NCBI GenBank assembly: GCA_051362555.1
Contig: CM120647.1
Location: 9,424,001 to 9,488,000, forward strand
Source of the DNA: Lingula anatina
Lineage: Eukaryota > Animalia > Brachiopoda
DNA: 64,000 nucleotides
Direction: 5' to 3'
Part shown: positions 12,257 through 24,100 of the stretch, in pieces
Layout of the letters: every line of letters starts with the position of its first letter
How positions within the stretch are numbered: the first letter of the stretch is position 1
Made by a program: the position numbers and the translations under genes
Notes under the pieces: model-generated
Database searches by the model: none
Seen by the model: the letters and a program-made list of their open reading frames with translations, nothing else
What the model was told of the DNA's origin: nothing

Positions 12257-14120
12257 TAGTCCGGTGGCTTAAGGAAAAAATCGTGACACGGCGGATAAAA
12301 GCACCAAATTTTGCATGTGGGTACCTTTTGACATTCTAAATCAAATTAGAGCCGTAGCCCACGGAAAAAATTTACCGTTTGGCCAAAAAATCCAAAATGG
12401 CCGCCAATTTATTGAATTCTTTAGAAATATGTACAAACCTATGTTGATTTTTATCAAATAAATTATTTTCTCAGAGTTTTCCACACCCTTTTTACTCATT
12501 TTATTCATACATGTCAGATAGCAAACAAGTTCCCTTGGACTTTTTGAAAAAATCCAAGATGGCTGTCATTTGCCATAGAAACAGCCATATGAATACTAGT
12601 GCACAACTATTACCAGCTAGAACGATACGTTGTCCACTATCAAATTAAGTCTGTTTCTCAGATCTTTGTTACCCACATAATATTTTTGTGGTGAGTAACT
12701 ACGAAGTGTTCTTGGGCATTTTGGAAAATCCAAGATGGCTGGCATGTGCCACAGGAATTCTAGTATACGGGGGATTCAACTAATGGCAACTGGAAAGATT
12801 AGTTTTTCACTATCAAATTAAGCTGGTTTCTGAGTGTTTTCCACATCCTTTTTACCCACACAATATGTATGTGGTGAGTAACTAAGAGTATTCTTGGGCA
12901 TTTTGAAAAAATCCAAGATGGCCGTCACATGTAATAGGAATACTTCTAGTATTACAAAGGGTTGGAACTAATGCCAGCTAATTCACTATCAAATTCAGTT
13001 TATTTTTTTAGTGTTTTACACATTATTATTACACTGTGATACATATCTAGCAGGTAATAAATGTGCATATTTGATCATTTTGAGAAAACCCAAGATGGCC
13101 GTCACTGGCCATAGGAATACTACTGGAATTACAACTGCACATCCATGGCTTTTCATCTACTACCAGGGTGAATTTGTGTTTGCTTATCAAGTTTTGCCCA
13201 TCCTTATTAGTCCTATGATATATATCTGGTGGGTAAATAGTGTGCATCCTTGGATATTCTGAGAAAAAGATACCTACAATTTAACATAGGAATGCTAATG
13301 GGTGGGTTTCAATTGCTGCTAGAGAAGCATATGGTTCATTATACAATTACATTTCCATGGGTTTGTTTTAAAAATCATTTATGTTTTTCATTCCATTTAT
13401 TATTACCCCTATGATGTATACCTGGTCTGTAGCATGTGTGTATCTTTGGGTATTCTGAAAAAATTCAAGATGTCTTCCTTTTGTCATTAGAATATTCGAA
13501 CACATAATCAAATAATGCTAGAGATACACTGAGTACGATTTAAATGTAGTTAACTTTGGGTCGTTTTTAAATGTTTTTCATATCCTATTTATCCTTATGA
13601 AAGACTCTGTGTTTTGAAAGTGTATGTATCCTTGAGTATTATTCGGAGAAAACCCAAGATAGCTGCCAGTTGTCATAGGAATATATCATTCAAATGCACA
13701 TAGGTGTCAATTAATAGAACAGTTCAGACATTGATTCCAACATGAAATAAAGCCTTTGATGTTTAAACAATTTGACATCCTTATTAACCTTACTCTTTAT
13801 AAATCTGGTGTGTAGCAAGTGTGCATCTTGCGTATTTGAGAAAATTCAAGATTGCTGCAATTCACAATAGGAATAGTACAGTCAACTACTGCCAGAGAGA
13901 CATTGGGTTCAATATAAAATGAATTTTGTTTCTCAGTATTTCCCACATTCTTTTTGGACTTTTAGATATCTATCTGGTGGGTAACAAGTGTATACCCGTA
14001 AGTATTTGAAAAAATATCATGATTACCCTCATTTGCCGTAGAAGTGCCTATAAAATCTAATGCACCAGTTTTCCTATGGGGAAAAGAAGGCTATCTAGGA
14101 TTTCCCCAAAATGATAAAAT
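12257..14120. mobile_element. DNA-transposon-like insertion with a diverged ~180-bp internal tandem array (Academ-like terminus, tentative)
   Basis: Starts TAGTCCGGTGGC; motif aaaatccaagatggc...gccatagga recurs at ~12390, 12552, 12728, 12912, 13090, 13462, 13652, 13842; right end not defined. Confidence 0.55.
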
Positions 14121-14496
14121 ATGGACATTAATTACCTAACAGATATGTATCATGGGATAACAATACTAAAAAAAAACCAGAAAAACAACTGAATTCAGCT
14201 TCATTTAAAAAGTGGCAAGGTGGGGGGGAACAGATTTTAATAATTTTTGTTGTGGCAAACCATTTACATGAAAGATACTGGCAGCCACTAGCTTTCTTAC
14301 TTAGGACCATAAGTTTTGGAGATATGTGGCAAAATCTTTTTTGGCAAAATATACTATTTTTTAGCTCTTGAAAAGCTATAATTTTAAATATATTTTTAAA
14401 ATCATATCATAAGAAATAATTTAGATAAGCCATATAATAGATTAAGGAAAGAGCTTTAATAACCAGACAGGGGCGGATTTAATAACCAGACAGGGG

Positions 14497-14500
<4 letters not shown>

Positions 14501-14562
<62 letters not shown>
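14501..14562. repeat. (TA)n microsatellite preceded by a 22-bp tandem duplication
   Basis: tttaataaccagacaggggcgga twice at ~14455-14500, then (TA)n. Confidence 0.9.
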
Positions 14563-14566
<4 letters not shown>

Positions 14567-15098
14567 CTTGACATTTAATATGGAATATTTTTTTCTAAGT
14601 CATTTTTCATCAGTTTTTTCCTATTTTGCTGACTGATAAATGAAAATAAGGATTAAAATCGTGTTTTAATAACTTTAAATTATCTCTTTGATGTCATGCT
14701 GACATCAGCTCATTGGTTGAAGTGAGGCAAACAGAAATGCATTGCCTATTCTATGTCATACAACATTAAATGAGATATTTTATATAAACAGAATACGTAT
14801 GACTAAAAGTGCTTTATTAAAGTCGGGAATACTTTGTGGTCCATGATGTTGTTCATGTTGCTTTGAGAGGTAGCGTGCCAGACAATTAAAATGATTATAT
14901 GGGTTATAGGTATCCAATCCGCGTTTGATAATGTCCCGAATCTGTCACCGGTTGCACAACATTTTGTCTTCAAAGAAAGTTGACTTGAATCAAAACAAAC
15001 ATTTTTTTGACCAAAATACATGCATTCAAAGTACCAATTCTAATGCTGAAAGGCGTCTAAAAAGCTTATAATTGGTGCCCCTCAAGTATCACTTTATT

Positions 15099-16394
15099 TC
15101 ATTGCCCAGTCGTAAGTGAAAATATATTCGGTGCGGTGCAGTACAAAGTGTCAGGTGTAAAAGGCTGCAGACGACGGTTTTTTAGGCCGAGGATTTTCTG
15201 TATTTCTGGTTTTTCCAACCAAGTTAATTTCTTTCTAATCATGGGATGGGTAGGGTCCCAGTGTTGTAGGATAAAATCCGGCGTCACAAGATACGAATGG
15301 TTACCTTTTAGTTTCGGCTGGCCGGGAATTCGGACGCTAGGGCCCGGTTGTAGGGTACCTGGACTGCTGAGCGAAGTGGTTCCTTTCAATAGAGCCTGGA
15401 TTAATGTATTGGACGTGGCTGGGTTGGCTTTTGTTTTTGTCAGCAATGCTGACGAAATATAGTCCCGCGGTTTTTCATAATCAAAAAATTTCTTGTATCT
15501 GTTCTTCGAAATAGGTCTGTCTGATATATGATTCGTAACATGCAGTGAGTTGCATTGCATGCGATAGCTGTGATACAGCATGGAGATCAACTGACGAGTA
15601 ATCCAGCCGCCATACCACCACGATTCATAATCTAGGTGCAAATCATACGATATCAGAAAGGACAGTGTATCCTTGTGAAACGCATTCAAACACTCATCAA
15701 AATCCCAGTTCAAGTTTACAGGTTCTTGTTTATTGACAAACTGTCTACTCATATCTTGGTAACGTACGTAACCCACAGCAGGTTGGTAATGCATAAGAAA
15801 CTCCTCGAACCTCTGATAGGGATCCGATGCCATCTTGGACCAAGCTTTCCAATTGACCTGCCCATCCGTCCTAACTGAAAGCTCCACGTCATCGTCCAGT
15901 AATATATAATAGAGATAACCGCCGTCTTTCATTTGGGCCGCTAAGTTCACCGCGTGTTGAAGAAGCACATTTCTACCGGAAAGGTGGGAGGTGCCCGGGG
16001 CGTAAATGTCACCTGACATATCCCCAAACGTCATCCAAATGACGTCACGTTCCTTGGTTTCTTGTAATCCTTTGATGGCCCCTTTAGTTGGGCTCTGAAT
16101 GAGATACACAAATCGCTTCCCAGTTGTCTGGCTGTAATTTCTTGGTCGGAAAACTACATATCCATGCTCAAATGTCAAATTCACAGATTCCGGCAAGGCA
16201 TTACCGTCAGCAGCCATCCCAGAAGGCAGTCTTTGCGGATTTTGTTGAATGGATTTCCAGACGTCGAAGTTTTGCATCCGGCTAGTATAGTTTACCAAAA
16301 TATCTTTATTCACCCACAAAAAACGCCACACAGAGCCACTCACGATGACTAACAGTAATACCAGTACGTATATGAAACTTTTATTTTTCCCCAT
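15099..16394 (-). CDS. Putative GT-A-like type II membrane protein, copy A2 (431 aa)
   Basis: Intact ORF colinear with A1; same TM anchor and DDD motif; acceptor tctttaattttAG at 16437-16438. Confidence 0.88.
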   Translation of the reverse strand: MGKNKSFIYVLVLLLVIVSGSVWRFLWVNKDILVNYTSRMQNFDVWKSIQQNPQRLPSGMAADGNALPESVNLTFEHGYVVFRPRNYSQTTGKRFVYLIQSPTKGAIKGLQETKERDVIWMTFGDMSGDIYAPGTSHLSGRNVLLQHAVNLAAQMKDGGYLYYILLDDDVELSVRTDGQVNWKAWSKMASDPYQRFEEFLMHYQPAVGYVRYQDMSRQFVNKQEPVNLNWDFDECLNAFHKDTLSFLISYDLHLDYESWWYGGWITRQLISMLYHSYRMQCNSLHVTNHISDRPISKNRYKKFFDYEKPRDYISSALLTKTKANPATSNTLIQALLKGTTSLSSPGTLQPGPSVRIPGQPKLKGNHSYLVTPDFILQHWDPTHPMIRKKLTWLEKPEIQKILGLKNRRLQPFTPDTLYCTAPNIFSLTTGQ

Positions 16395-17076
16395 CGTCTG
16401 CTGCAGTTGACATTAGGCACAATTGGACCCAAAGACCTAAAATTAAAGAAAATTAATAAAATATCATTGTCTTCCATTTCTTAGTTTGGATTCGCAGTTT
16501 GAATTTTTTTATTGTTTCATCTTTTTCGTCTTTGCACCATCGCCATAAACAACTATACGAAAGTATAAACACATATACAATATATTTACAACATTATAAT
16601 ATCTTACTGGTTTATAATATCTTATTTGGAACTTGGCACTTTGGGGTGTGAACCGAAACAGGGATATGGATCAAGTAACCGGTCTGGCAGTGAAATATAT
16701 CTTTAGTTTGTAAGTTATAAGTTCCTCACACGACGGCTAGACTGTGTTTTCCTCCTCTATACTAGAGGCCAGATTGATAGAATTCAGTCCATGCACAAAT
16801 TCTCTCTTACAGTAGAAAAAAGATGTCACGAATTGGCCAGGATTATATCTGTGAATATCTTGTGAAAAATTAATCTGCCGCCCTGGTATAGGGTTGTATG
16901 GGCAAAAAATTTCTGGCCTATTGAGTCAAATATGGCCGACCCACCTGATTACTTCCCCACGGGATATCTATTCTGTGTCTATTAGCAGATTAAAATTATA
17001 TGTTTTCTTATTTTATCAGAAAAAGTTTTATTGTTTAGACTATAACTGCTATAACCAGCATTAATCATTTTAATTG

Positions 17077-17077
<1 letters not shown>

Positions 17078-17152
<75 letters not shown>
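17078..17152. repeat. (TA)n microsatellite
   Basis: Direct reading. Confidence 0.95.
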
Positions 17153-17154
<2 letters not shown>

Positions 17155-17155
<1 letters not shown>

Positions 17156-17791
17156 GATTAGAATCCGCCATTATGTCATGGAAAGGCGGAGAGAGAGAGA
17201 GGGGGGAGGAGGGAGGGAAGGAGACAGACAGACAGACAGGCAGACAGGCTCCACCAGTCCTCTTTCCCCTAATACGCACTGGGGCGTGGACGAGAATTGT
17301 TACTGGGTGTGACAGGAATGGTAGTCTTAGGAATGGAAGATGATAAATCAAATCCGCAGGAGAAATTCACTGAGCACAAGAATGATTTTACCTCTGGCAA
17401 ATCATGATTTGAAGTGATTAGTATAGGTTAGTTAAGGTTTATTGATGTATTTGGGGTTACTAGTACGCTTTTGGGACGAATGTCACTAAGTAAGGGAGGG
17501 GGCAGATTATGGTTCCTATTATAGCTAGAGGAAACGAGACACCTTGAATCCTGGTACACCGTATTCAGGTCATAGCCATGCTGCAAACACGGTGGATGTG
17601 CATGTTGACTCACTGTTTTTGCAGTGGTTAAATAGATAGCACTCATATGTTAATGCCAGGTGTTTTTGTCATTCTTAATCGTAGCATTGCTTTATTTATT
17701 CGTCACGCAGCAGAAAGACTATATAGAATAAGCGGGGTCGGTTAACAGTGTAGGGTTTTTTTTATTAGTACCGGTATTTGTACGTATAAGC
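17155..17791. repeat. Inverted copy of the 7765-8425 repeat
   Basis: Reverse complement matches, e.g. ccgccattatgtcatggaaaggcggagag and tatagaataagcggggtcggttaacagtgtaggg. Confidence 0.85.
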
Positions 17792-18655
17792 AATAGGCCA
17801 GTCAATAAACAACTTAGGTTGGAAAAAAATTGGTGACAAAGGTTTCTCAACTGATTCTGGTCACTTGAGGGCCCAATATAGCCCAAAAAATTTCCCCCAT
17901 GAATCCCCCCATGGCAAAGGCTCGTTTTACACAAAAAAAATCCAATGCGGTTTTCAAAGAAATAAATATTATTACTTAAACTGCACTGACGTGTGGAGTG
18001 CGGTATACCAGAATGACATATTTTCCCACGTTTCGAATAATACAGCGGGAAATGTTGTATTGGTGACACGGGTCAGCGAAAAAGGGGACAAATGTTCAAC
18101 ATTTGTGCAATGATTTGGTTTGTTGAGCACTTGCTATGTTGATCAAGTAGGTTTGAAGGAGTGGGTCACTTTCTATCTGGCAACCAAACATATTTATAAG
18201 TAACTGAACTTGAGTAAATTGATTATAATGTTTGTTAAAGCGTAAGAAACAGGTTTTTTTAAAATTAATTTTAACGGCTTAATAAGGTTATTTTTTCCTC
18301 CAGCTTTTTTGTCAGATGGGATGCCATTAGTTCAAAGAAAAGGGGAAAAATTAAATTTGTAACGAAGAGAAATTATTTATTGGTATATATTATAGTTAAC
18401 AATTATGTATAATGGCAATACGATTATTTTACAGAACAATAATTCACATGGAAGATTCTTAATTTTAATTGTGTTATCCAAATAATCAGAGTTAAAACTG
18501 GACTTGATTTTTCCGACAATAAGTAAACCGGGCCCAGCGTTTTCGTCGGGTTCGGCAAATACTATATTTGCATTATTTCGTTTGGTATTTTTTTATTCAA
18601 AGTATGTGGAATACAAATTATTTTATTTTACTTTCCCTCCGTGCCACATCCAGAC

Positions 18656-18765
18656 AGTTGCGTTATATAGATAAGTGCACAGTACAATGTGAGTTGCGTT
18701 ATATAGATAAGTGCACAGTACAATGTGAGTTGCGTTATATAGATAAGTGCACAGTACAATGTGAG
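18656..18765. repeat. Perfect 36-bp tandem repeat x3
   Basis: agttgcgttatatagataagtgcacagtacaatgtg three times with no spacers. Confidence 0.95.
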
Positions 18766-18788
18766 AAGGATCTTCACAGTGCCGCTAA

Positions 18789-18973
18789 CAGCGAATTCAG
18801 AACAGTGGACTAACAGTTCCGCGGATCAAATATGGCGACCCACTAAAAATCTTGCCGCTTAATTCCCAATGAGACATTGAAAAGATTCCACGCGGGGATT
18901 ACGCAACAACCATTCAAGTGTGTCGGCCATATTTGATCCGAGGATCTGTTAGTCCACTGTTCTGTATGCGCTG
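18789..18973. mobile_element. MITE with long TIRs
   Basis: cagcgaattcagaacagtggactaacag..cggatcaaatatggc versus gccatatttgatccg..ctgttagtccactgttctgtatgcgctg; relative at 63096-63314 and decayed pieces at ~7135-7200 and 16925-16980. Confidence 0.7.
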
Positions 18974-19026
18974 TAATATAGGTATGCTTTGAGAGACTGA
19001 CAATAAGATACCTGTAGCCTTGCTTA

Positions 19027-19269
19027 AGCCTACATGTAGGTCCCAACTACTTCTGGACGCACGGTTTTAGGTTCCTTGCGTCCGGTTAGGACGTAGCTAG
19101 ATCGCAGGGAAGAAATCAAGTAATTGGTGAAAAGTTTCTAAGTGCTGTTTGCGTCCTCCAAAAGTCGCACGATGGACGTGCTCCTCACGCACGAACTCCC
19201 ACGTTTTCCCCATTTTTTTTGGCCGTAGACCACACGTAGCAGCCAGTACGTTCGGTTGGGACCTAGGCT
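19027..19269. mobile_element. Harbinger-like MITE
   Basis: TIR agccta(catgta)ggtcccaac / gttgggacctaggct, followed by TTA. Confidence 0.6.
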
Positions 19270-19792
19270 TTATACGTACAAATACTAATAGAAAAAAACC
19301 TACACTGTAAACCGACCCCGCTTATTTATGCAGTCTTTCTGCTGCACGACGAATAATTCAACAATGCTACGTTTAAGAATGAAAAAACCACCTGGCATTA
19401 ACATATGAATGCTATCGATTTTACCACTGCAAAACAGTGAGATAACATGCACAACTTCCGTGTATGCAGCATGGCTGTGACCTGAAATCAGTGTACCAGG
19501 ATTGAAGCTGTCTCGTTTATTCTAGCTATAATAGGGACCGTAGTCTGCTCTCGCTCCTTTACTTTGTACAGTTGACATTCGTCCCAAAAGCGTACTAGTA
19601 ACCCCAATACTTCAATAAAGCCTAACCTGTACAAGAACCTATCACACGGGACCCCGGACTTCAATTTCTATGACTACCATTCCTGTCACACCCAATAACA
19701 CTGCTCGTCCGCGCCCCACTGCGTATTAGGGGAAAGAGGGCTGAGGGAGCCTGACTGTCTCTATCTCATGGTGTCTCGTTTCCTCTAGCTAT

Positions 19793-20593
19793 GAAATATT
19801 ATAAAAAAGCTATATGTGATGACAGTTTTTTCTTTTATCACGTTTAAAAGAAATTCTAGATTGAAGAAAACATGACTTAATTGCAAAAAATAGTGAAATA
19901 TTGCCCGCCATCTTGGATGATGCGGCCATTTTGAATCCAGTTGTCAAATTATTGCTACAGATCACCAGGAAGTGCATATTTCCACAATATATACACAATA
20001 AAAGTAATGTACACTTCAGCAAAAAAAATATTAACCACTTTTCATAATTGATGCTTATTCTGTGTATTCACCATGGCTGGCGGCCATCTTGGATTTTCTC
20101 TTATCCATCAAGCCATCATTCTGTAAACAGATACTTGAAATGCAAGAAATATTGTAGACAACCTATATTTGATAACAGTTTGCTTTAATAATGATTGAAT
20201 ATAATACAAAATGAAAGCAAACATTATTTTATTGCAAAAAAAGGTGAAAAATTGGCCGCCATCTTGGATAAAGCGGCCATTTTGAATCCAATTGACTAAA
20301 TCTAGCTATTGATCACCAGAGAGTACATATTTCCACAATATATGGATAACACAAACCTAAAGAAACTGAAAATATCAACCATTTTTCATAATTGATGCTT
20401 GTTCTCTGTATTCACTATTGCTGGCGGCCATCTTGGATTTTTGGGCACTTTCGCAATTGAGCCCATTTGTCCAATTAGCAGATTCATAAACCCCAGGTAT
20501 CAGGCTCTCCAACGATATGTTCAAAAATTTTATATCATTAATTTTTTTTTACTACCCTTTTTTGAAGGCTTTTGGAGTTTGGCTCCCCTACTA
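19793..20593. mobile_element. Truncated DNA-transposon fragment sharing motifs with 12257-14120 (opposite strand)
   Basis: Repeated gccgccatcttgga / gcggccattttgaatcc units; the end reads TAGTAGGGGAGCC on the minus strand; interrupts the local repeat and is absent at the paralogous site near 8000. Confidence 0.6.
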
Positions 20594-21113
20594 GTAGTCT
20601 GCTCTCGCTCCTTTACTTTGTGCAGGTGACATTCGTCCCAAAAGCATACTAGTAACCCCAATACTACAATAAAGCCTAACCTGTACATGAACCTATCACA
20701 CGGGACCCGGACTTCAATTTCTATGACTACCATTCCCGTCACACACGGTAATTATTCTCGTCCACGCCCCAGTGCGTATTAGGGGAAAGAGGGCTGGGGG
20801 AGCCTGTCTGTCTGTCTGTCTGTCTGTCTGTCTCCCTCCCTTCCTCCTCCCCTCTCTCCCTCTCTCTCTCTCCCCTCCCTTCTCCTTCTTCTCTCTCTCT
20901 CTCTCTCTCTCCGCCTTTCCATGACATAATGGCGGACTCTAATCATTCCTTTTTTTTTTACCACAAGTGTCCTTTGTAAACTGAACTGAATGGTACCCCT
21001 GCACAATATGGCTCTTTGCTTGGCCCCAAGTGTTTCACAAAAGAGGGAAATTATGATTTTTAGTTACATGTACTTTAAAATTTATGATCCTGCTTGTCAC
21101 CCTAGCACCTTAC

Positions 21114-21232
21114 CTGTGTGACAGCGTCTTCTTGTTCTAAGCAAAACGTCTGACCCGAATCAGGTATTGTCAGGTAAATATAGCGCTTCCAGCACAGGTG
21201 GCACACGACTGCGCATGCCCGGAAAGCGCGCT
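21114..21232 (-). promoter_or_regulatory. Putative non-coding first exon and promoter of copy A2
   Basis: Paralog of 8562-8680; donor CAG|GTAAGG; actgcgcatgccc at 21208-21220. Confidence 0.45.
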
Positions 21233-22146
21233 TTTTTTTTTTAATAAACAAGAAGGCGAAATTGACAAAGCCTGCCAGTGAACTCCACCTGGTTTATTTG
21301 ACTTGGTTTGGTTTCTGGTGTCATTTGAGAGAGTTAATTTATGGAAAATATTTTGTTAAATGTACATGTATGAATCCAAAGGTAAATTCTTCGGACTTTG
21401 CCTCGAATGGCATTTATTTTGTCTACCAGTATGTTGAAAGGGCAGGGGGAGTATCCAGGATTATTTGAAGGGGGGGGGGGGGGGGCACTGAAAGGCCCCA
21501 AATATTTTTGGCGTTTTGGAGGGCAAACAGTGCGGTTTAGAGCTATCAATCAACTTGTCAAAATTCTAATTCCAAGAGGAGGCTATTAGTCAATAATATA
21601 TCTTTTCTCTTCACTTAAAAGTCCTTAAAATGATACTTAGGTGGGGGTGGTCGTTGATCTCTCTTTTACCAGCTACGTCACAGATCAAATTATAGCAGGC
21701 CCTGCATGGTGTCATGCATTCTATAGTTTCCATGGGAGAGTCTCAGAAGCGATCCGTACATCTATAAAGCCAGGATGGTATGAGAATCTACTCCGAAAAA
21801 ACTGACTTGATTTAATTTGTTACATGAAGAAATGGAAGAAAATCTAAAGTCAAAGAAGTACTGGAGTAGTAACCCTGAAATGTATATGATATGAAGATAT
21901 AGGCCCTACATGTATACTGGAACTACAGTAGTAGCCTGTGCATGCTTTTCAGATTTTAAAAGGGGTTGCCGTTATTTTTAAATGAAAAATGGTATCTTTG
22001 CATTCCCTTGACTGACCTATAAGCGTATTTTTTGTGATAACGAGTTTTACCACCCGAAGAAAGGTTCTTTAAACCCCCCCGACCCCCCCCCCCCCAAAAA
22101 AAAAAAAAAATCGTATCCCCGGATCCATCTGCTAGCCCTTAGATAA

Positions 22147-22354
22147 AGCCCACTTTACACTGGACGGCGTCCTTTCTGCGTCCCATAGTACGAGAGTAAA
22201 AAAACAATACTTTACGTGCCGACAACTGGCCTATCATTTAGCACGCAATCTGGCACCAAAGCGATGCTTGTGCCTCCTTTCGACGACCACAGCGATGCCA
22301 GTTTTATGGTTGCACGGAGGGCGCAGAAAGTACTCCGTCGAGTTCAAAGGGGTT
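22147..22354. mobile_element. Harbinger-like MITE (duplicated copy of 10425-10632)
   Basis: Same sequence and TAA flanks. Confidence 0.75.
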
Positions 22355-23137
22355 TAAGTGTGATGACTCCGTCAACCGTCTCTGACGTGAACTCCCCAGT
22401 GCTTGTTGACAACATGGGCAGTCGAATACGGGGTAAGCTAACAGCTCCCTCCTACCTGTAGGCTACGGACCCTAGTCAGTCTGGGGTGGACAATGTCCGC
22501 TATCTCAGTGGGACAGTGAATGTTTTCTACTGAACATATGTGTACACGTCTGTTGACAAGTGCCACCTCGTGGTAAACACCATAGGCCTTTCGTCTTATT
22601 ACATATGGGTACATGTAGGCCTACTCTCGCGCGCGCAGCCGCCATCTATCGGCGCGACTTAAAACTAGGATTCCACGTAATCTATGGGTGAATATCATAC
22701 GGTGTAAGAAATGGTAGACATGTGATTTTTCTACATGTGCCCATCTGTCAGTAGAACGTTGTGATAATACTTGGTATATGATTTTGAACAAACACTGATT
22801 TATAAACCTCTATTTTAAGACCTTCCGTACAAAAGAAAAAGGTTATTTTTTCGGCAGTGATTTTTTTCTTTTTTTTTTTTTTATCTTTGCACCCCTTTCT
22901 TAATGAGGGAATAAAAGAAATATCTAGAAATACATAAATTCTCTTTGCTCTTTTTGCATCGACAGGAAATCACCACGCAATACATATAAAGCATGTACTA
23001 TTTGATCCTACGAACGATGACACTGAATCAAACAAAATTTTGACAAGAACAAACATTTATTAAAGGAATCAAATGTAAGCAGAAGTCATTTGAAAGTCCA
23101 CTGATGCGAACATATACGTTTTCTTAATTATTTGATG

Positions 23138-23588
23138 TCATTTTTCTAAAGTCAGTGAAAATTTATTCGGTGCGGAGCAGTACAAAGTGTCAGGTGTAAA
23201 AGGCTGCAGACGACGGTTATCTAGACCGAGAATTTTTTGTATTTCTGGTTTTTGCAACCAATTTAATTTCCTTTTAATCATGGGATGGATAGGGTCCCAG
23301 TGTTGTAGGATAAAATCGGGCGTCACAAGATACGAATGGTTATCTTTTAGTTTCGGTTGGCCAGGAATCTTGATGTTAGGGCCCGGCCGAAAGGCACCTG
23401 GACTTCCGAGCGAAGAGGTTCCTTTCAAAAGAGCCTTGCTTAATGTGTTGCGCTTTGGTGGATTGGTCTTGGTATTCGTCAGTAAGGCAGACGACATGTA
23501 GTCCCGCGTTTTTCCAAAATCCAAAGCTTTCTTATATCTGTCCTTCGAAACAGGTCTATTTGATATATGATTCGTAACACGCAGCGAG
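23138..23588 (-). pseudogene. 3' fragment B2 of the family
   Basis: Near-identical to 11394-11844; homology stops at gcagcgag 23588; lacks TM anchor and DDD motif. Confidence 0.88.
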
Positions 23589-24100
23589 GGGTTTTATATG
23601 TTATTAAAATCAGCACAAAGATGGATGCGTTATTGAATAATTAGATGCCAGAAAAGCCTCATTTTCGGTATTTGGATAATAATTAAGTATTATGAAACAA
23701 AAGGCAAAAAAAAAAAAAAAGAAAAAAAAAAGAAAAAAAAAATCGACAAGTGAAATTTGATAGTGAAACGGACAATTTCCTAGGGAATTTATAACTTTAA
23801 CAACTGGGGAAGGGGGGGGGGGGGTTACCCCTGCCTGACGAACGTTGTGGTAATACTTCGACTTGGTACGTCATTTTAAATAAACATTGATTTGTAAGCC
23901 ACTATTTTAAGGCGTGCAAAAGGAACTTTTTATTTTCTCGGCGGTGCATTCTTTTGTGCTTTTTTAATGGCACCCTTTCGCAATAAGGGTATAAATAATT
24001 ACCTAGAAATACAAAAATATTCTTTCTGCATCACGGGAAATAATCACATAATACATGTTCATATAGAGCATGATGCGTACGTTTTTTTAATCATATGATG

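Noticed and set aside
17070-17351. Low-complexity ORFs (YIYI, ERER, SLSL; also 8138, 20739, 57116, 59604)
   Set aside because: Translations of microsatellites or purine tracts.
18656-18765. 36-bp repeats of CRISPR-like length
   Set aside because: Head-to-tail with no spacers, no cas genes, eukaryotic context.
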